A stretch of 51,354 nt of DNA, the filler included, from Catajapyx aquilonaris (taxonomy: Eukaryota): the NCBI GenBank assembly GCA_000934665.2. It is 3 parts of 3 records of this genome, joined end to end, with 100 filler letters (N's around TTAATTAATTAA, not from the genome) between each part and the next. Parts side by side here need not be neighbours in the genome. Positions count along the whole stretch, not along the records: positions 34,300 to 51,354 come from JYFJ02007049.1; 2 more parts are not named here. One strand, given 5' to 3'. The position numbers and the translations under genes are program-made. Every line of letters starts with the position of its first letter. The stretch's first letter is position 1. The notes under the pieces are model-generated. The model searched no databases. It had not been told where the DNA came from and saw only the letters and a program-made list of their open reading frames with translations. This document shows, in pieces, positions 46,585 through 51,354 of the stretch.

Positions 46585-47485
46585 GTAGCATCAAAAGGTT
46601 CCCAGAATTCACCGATTACTCAGCTACCTTTAGAAGTAGAGAGATGAGCTTTTAGGTGTATCTGCACACAATCCTAATGAGTCAGTGTGCCAAGTGGCAT
46701 TGTCCTGTAATCTGTATATATCTGAACTGTCTCGCACCTGCTTTTGTGAATCCACAGTACGTCGACTCGTCAATCCTGTAATGCTGACAAAAACGAGCAG
46801 TGTGTGTGGATCACAGGTGACGAAAGTTGGCTTTTCCACTGTAATGATTGTCATGACAACTTTCATAACCGTTTCTGAAAGTTGAGTTGCCATTTATGGT
46901 TTCTCAAAGCTCCTGAATATGTAGAGCTGTTTCTGGTTGGGTGTCAGAAGCCTGGGGACACAGTGTGATGCATATTCATTTCGTGCGTGCGAATGACCTG
47001 GAACTGAATCCCATTTGTCACAGATCTCATGAATGGCATGGGGATGGTCCTCACAAGTGATTTATCGAAATTTGTCAAAATTTTCAGAGGTTGTGTTGAT
47101 GTATGGTCTTCCTGAGTGCCCTTGACCTTCAACCAACATTGACCACAATTGAAAGGCTATTGGGACTCAAAACACAGCGCTTATGGCCTAAAGCTTGATC
47201 ACCAGAACCTGATGAAGCTTTCCTAGTGTCTCAGTTGAATATGTCCCGAGCTTCAAGCAAATCTTACACATAAACTTTTGTGCGGCCACGGTGGATTGAC
47301 AAGTAGACTTACAGTGAGTTCGCAAAAGCGCGTGCAAGACACGTTCAGATGTACACTGGACAATGCCACTTGGCACACTGACTCATTAGGATTGTGTGCA
47401 TATAGCCTACATCTCAAATCGTGTCTCTCTACTTCTCAAGGTAGCAGAGTAATCGGTGAATTCTGGGAACTTTTTGATCCTAGGA
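46585..47485. mobile_element. Mariner-derived element with ~190-bp inverted arms
   Basis: ATCAAAAGGTTCCCAGAATTCACCGATTACTC.GCTACCTT and its reverse complement; minus-strand KICLKLGTYSTETLGKLHQV HTH remnant. Confidence 0.75.
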
Positions 47486-48239
47486 GTAGTTGTTAGTCTT
47501 TGGTGCTGCACTTATACACTTTTTTTTTGTCGACAGTGATCGTCATGTCTTTGGTACAGGTTCTCTGAGTAAAAGAAATTATTTTTACATGAAATCTGAA
47601 TATCACCTCCGCATAAAAATCAACGTGAAAAGTGACATATCATTACATGTATGTCAAGGCATACAAAATTATTAAAAATCTATATACAGTAACCCTCTAA
47701 GTTTTTGTACAGTAACCTGTACTATGACAAGCAAATATATGCCATGTTTAGGGTTAAGACTCATCCAGAGTCTGTCCCATTTCATAGATGCAAATACGCA
47801 AATATTCCAGAACCACTTCTGGTCCCAGGCAAAGGATTCTGAAAGTGCACTGTGACACTCCTCAACCCCAACCTTAGGCTTCTACTAATACTGATTCTAC
47901 TTCTACCAGCACTGATGCCAGAAATGTCCAGTTCCATTGCTGAAAAGTCCTGCCCATTATTCCAACCCCCACTGAACATTCTAATGTCCAACAATGGTTC
48001 TGACGCCCCGGCCGCGGCCTGTCGAATATTCACCTTCCAAATTCCGACCTTCTCACCTCCTCCCAAACGTCCTCGTCTCTGAACTCGAGCACCCTCTGAT
48101 CGTAAATTGAGGATGCACCAGCCTGTAAAGTCGTATACCGGTGGCGTAGACCAGGAAACCGTCCCTTCGATCAGTCACTGACTGGAGCAGAGTTTAAAAC
48201 AACAGACTAACTGAGATGGAACTAGGAACTATAGTCATA

Positions 48240-48620
48240 GTGTGGAACACATTGGTGTGGAACAGCCCACGGACACTTATACTACGTTCTGGCGTTATCA
48301 CCTGCCGAGGGATTACGCACCGGGTGCTCCCTTGACACCGCCACAAGACATTTCCCAAGGCTATCATGTGGCGACCCTACCGGACTAAGGCTGAACTTTA
48401 CAGGTACGAAGGGGAGGGCTACATTGGGGGGCCCAACATGTAGCCCTCGAGCCCTCCCCTTTCTTACCTATAAAGTTCAGCCTTAGTCCGGTAGGGTCGC
48501 CACATGATAGCCTTGGGAAATGTCTCGTAGCGATCTCAAGTGGGCACCCGGTGCGTAATCCTTCGGCAGGGGGTGGGTGGGGAGTGACCTAACCTGAGTC
48601 TTCTACAGCCGTGGTGTGGA
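48240..48620. repeat. Palindromic GC-rich repeat (MITE-like)
   Basis: ~130-bp arms centred near 48430; second partial copy at 34300. Confidence 0.75.
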
Positions 48621-48708
48621 ACATGACCGGTCTGGAATGATGGGCAAACAGCGGGACCGGGTAGCGCAGCTGTTGTGAAAGGATGTAGCTGCTTTATTTT
48701 CAAATTAA

Positions 48709-49960
48709 AGGGACACTCCACTCAAAATACAAGTTATCCTCTAAAAATAAGGCAAAAAAAATCATGATTCCGAGAATGCAATCCGTTTATCTCTGAGGCG
48801 AACGGTAATGACAGGGGAAGAGACGAAAGTCTGAATAAATTCGACTTCTGATCGAGCGTGGAGACGCCCTCCTCAACCACGGCCAACGGGTGAAGTTGGA
48901 TACTCGCCACCTGGCGGCTGCCTGAGGAAGTTGGGTGTTACTCCCCAGCAGCGCGAGTTTGAAATGCAGGTCGGGGTCGGATATTTCTGGCTGCTGCCAA
49001 TGCATATGTTGTCACCCAGGTGTTACTTTCCGGATCTTGCCTTTGTTTGGCCCTTAATTCTTGACGGGTGGACTACATCTGTTGCTCCCGCACCAGATCC
49101 CCATGACTAAACGCCCGGAGGGAACGACTGGAAGGCGACACATGTTTATGTTTAGCACTTCGGCAGGGGGGTTTATCATTTCTGGCCTTCCAGTTCGGCA
49201 TATCGAGGCGGGCTTGGAAGCAAGTAGCATCATGGGCAAGAAAGGCAAGGGTGGTGTCCCATTCTGTGTAGTTTGTAAGCGCCATAAGAAACGGTTCGAG
49301 CGAGTGACGTATTTCGCATTTCCTTGCAAACATCCGGATTTGATGCGGCAATGGCGAGAAGCCTTGAATTTACCACCAACGTATACACACATGTCACGTC
49401 ATCATCAGGTGTGCATGGATCACTTTCACAGGCAGTCGCTATTTCCCTATACAGACCGGAACAGAAGATGCGGAAACTAAAGCCTAATGCTGTTCCAACA
49501 CTGGAGGTAGGAATAATGTGGCACAGCGTCAATGTGCGTATATTTTATTGCACCCCCCTCCCCCCAGTGCACATCAGACATGGAAACCAGCACTGGAACG
49601 TCGCTGTTGATGAGTCCAATACTGATGCACAGGTAATGTTTCCTCAGCCATTGAGCCCAAGGACCATGTTTAACAATTAGGGGCCAAACAAAGGCAAGGT
49701 CCGGCACACGTCGGTGACAACATAATTATATGCATTGGCAGCAGCCAGTAATATCCGACCCCGAACTGCATTTCAAAATCGCGCTGCTGGGTACGAGTAA
49801 TATCCAACTTTCTCAGGCAGCCGCCAGGTGGCTGGGGGGAGGTGTCGGCGAGACTGGAGGGGCAGCCGTTCGCCTCATAGAAAAACGGATCGCATTCTCG
49901 GAATCAGGATTTTTTGTCTGATTTTTAGACACCAACTTGTATTTTGAGTGGAGTGTCCCT
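48709..49960 (+). mobile_element. Kolobok-like non-autonomous transposon carrying a THAP domain
   Basis: TTAA-AGGGACACTCCACTCAAAATACAAGTT ... AACTTGTATTTTGAGTGGAGTGTCCC-TTAA; ~250-300-bp imperfect TIRs; CVVC...FAFP...W...VCMDHF, then by frameshift KLKPNAVPTL. Confidence 0.8.
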
Positions 49961-49986
49961 TAAGGGCGACCAAGAGATGACCTTAC

Positions 49987-50210
49987 CGTTGTACTGTAAT
50001 AGCTGACGAAACCCAGGCTTTTTCTACTAGTCGTGGAAGGTCAAGTATCCTTGACGAAACCCACACTTCCGCACGCTTCTCTGCGCTCCTTGACAGTGAA
50101 ACGCAGGAACGCAGGTCACACGTTTTGGTGTGGTGCATTCGGATGACTGGCGGTGCCAGGGGCTGACCTAAACGCTATATACACTAAGCTGCTATTCAGT
50201 CCGGAAGTTA
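49987..50210 (-). promoter_or_regulatory. Candidate promoter and first exon of the RNF4-like gene
   Basis: CCGGAAGT ETS-like site at 50201, TATATAG at 50181-50175, Inr-like CCAGTC at ~50148, donor ACG|GTAAGG at 49987. Confidence 0.4.
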
Positions 50211-50455
50211 TACGCACCGCTCTTTCAGCACCATGTGAATATACAGCAGAATATACCGGTATGTCTATACAAGCAGCGCCGGATTAAGGATGTGGGTGGC
50301 CCGGGGCCCGTTTTGGTGGGAGGCCCATAGTTTCAGGGGGGGGGATATGTCGAANTCGAAATGAAAATAATGAACAGGTGTTCTTACCAAATTTATTTAC
50401 GCAGAGAAATCCAGTTAAAATAATTGAATTTAAGTCAGAGAATGGATGGAGTTAT

Positions 50456-50780
50456 TTTAAGGGCGATAGCCCTTAAGTAAGACCGTAGCATAGATTTCAA
50501 CAATGAATTTTTCCTACTTCTTCTTCTTCTTCTTCTTCTTGTTACGTTTTTTTTATTCGCCCTAACTCAAGTTCTGCTGTAGGTAGAGCTTCCAGATTTT
50601 GAACACAGATCCCCACCGTCGTGACATAATTTCCTACCATTTACACTTTTACTTAATTCCTCTTCAAAACGCCGCAAAAAATTTAAAACAACCAAAAAAT
50701 ACGTTTTAATTTTTTTGCTCAATAACTATTCGGAATTTGGTTTCTTCATCAAAGGGCCGAAGGTGCAGTGGGATGGTGCG
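50456..50780 (+). repeat. Possible Helentron-associated (HINE/DINE-1-like) element with a (CTT)n microsatellite
   Basis: T-run, hairpin TTAAGGGC-GATA-GCCCTTAA, then (CTT)n at ~50517-50540; right end not defined. Confidence 0.3.
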
Positions 50781-51354
50781 GATCTATGTTCAAAATCTCA
50801 CAGTTCCCACTGCTACAGGATTGGAGCTGTGATTTTTTTACCTCGTATTTTTTCTGTCATTACTTCATTTGTTCGTTACGCCATCACCTAGAAACGTCAG
50901 TTGTTGTTTACCACCTCATATATTGTCGTGGGTCAAAGGAGGACAAGATGAGCGACGCCGAGTCGTACTGTCGCCATTGGGTTTTCACCCAACTTTAATG
51001 TACCTTTGTGTTTTTTGTATCGTCTGGTACAGTTCTCAATGTATATATTCCGTATATTTTAGCGTATAGGCTTTTCATAACAATTAAATCAGACTAACCG
51101 TTGGCTGGGAGCACTCCACTTTCGTTTTTTTACGACTGTCTCTGTGAAAATAATTTTAGGGACTTCTAAGCGACGAAAATCGTCTCCATTGCATTCATAG
51201 TGCAGACTGTATAGTGTACACACTGTAGAGCATAAGTTATGTGTACTGTCAAAAAAAAACTGAAATTATATCAAAAACTTTCCCTTCAGTAAAAAAAAGA
51301 GAAGTAAGACCTCCGCGGCGGAATGAAGGTACTGAAACAAGGCAGGCGCACGTA

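Noticed and set aside
47782..48066. 94-aa minus ORF as a separate gene
   Set aside because: No recognisable domain or good start; a strong donor at 48057 suggests most of it is intronic
18478..49960. THAP domain at 49.2 kb as the N-terminus of the P transposase at 18.5 kb
   Set aside because: Different contigs, and the THAP lies inside its own TTAA-flanked element

Overview
Eukaryotic DNA, most likely from an arthropod (short ~50-75 nt GT-AG introns, many mariner/Tc1/hAT/Kolobok/P elements, tRNA-derived SINEs). It is not one locus. Three contigs of about 17.05 kb (1-17046, 17147-34199, 34300-51354) are joined by artificial N44-TTAATTAATTAA-N44 linkers. Contig 1 is mostly nested transposon debris, with the end of a TPR gene and an isolated GOLT1/Got1 exon. 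Contig 2 is gene-dense: a decayed, intron-containing P-element/THAP9-type transposase directly followed by an intact IAP/MDM2-type RING exon, then RAB3GAP2 (-), CDT1 (+), MCM8 (-) and a 5'-truncated eIF3k (-). Contig 3 holds a SINE-interrupted LINE and an RNF4-like SIM+RING gene (-) whose introns contain foldback MITEs, a second LINE fragment and a THAP-carrying Kolobok-like element. The best novelty candidate is the possible P-transposase/RING-E3 fusion or cargo unit at ~18.5-19.9 kb. All family calls come from motif recognition by eye, not database searches.
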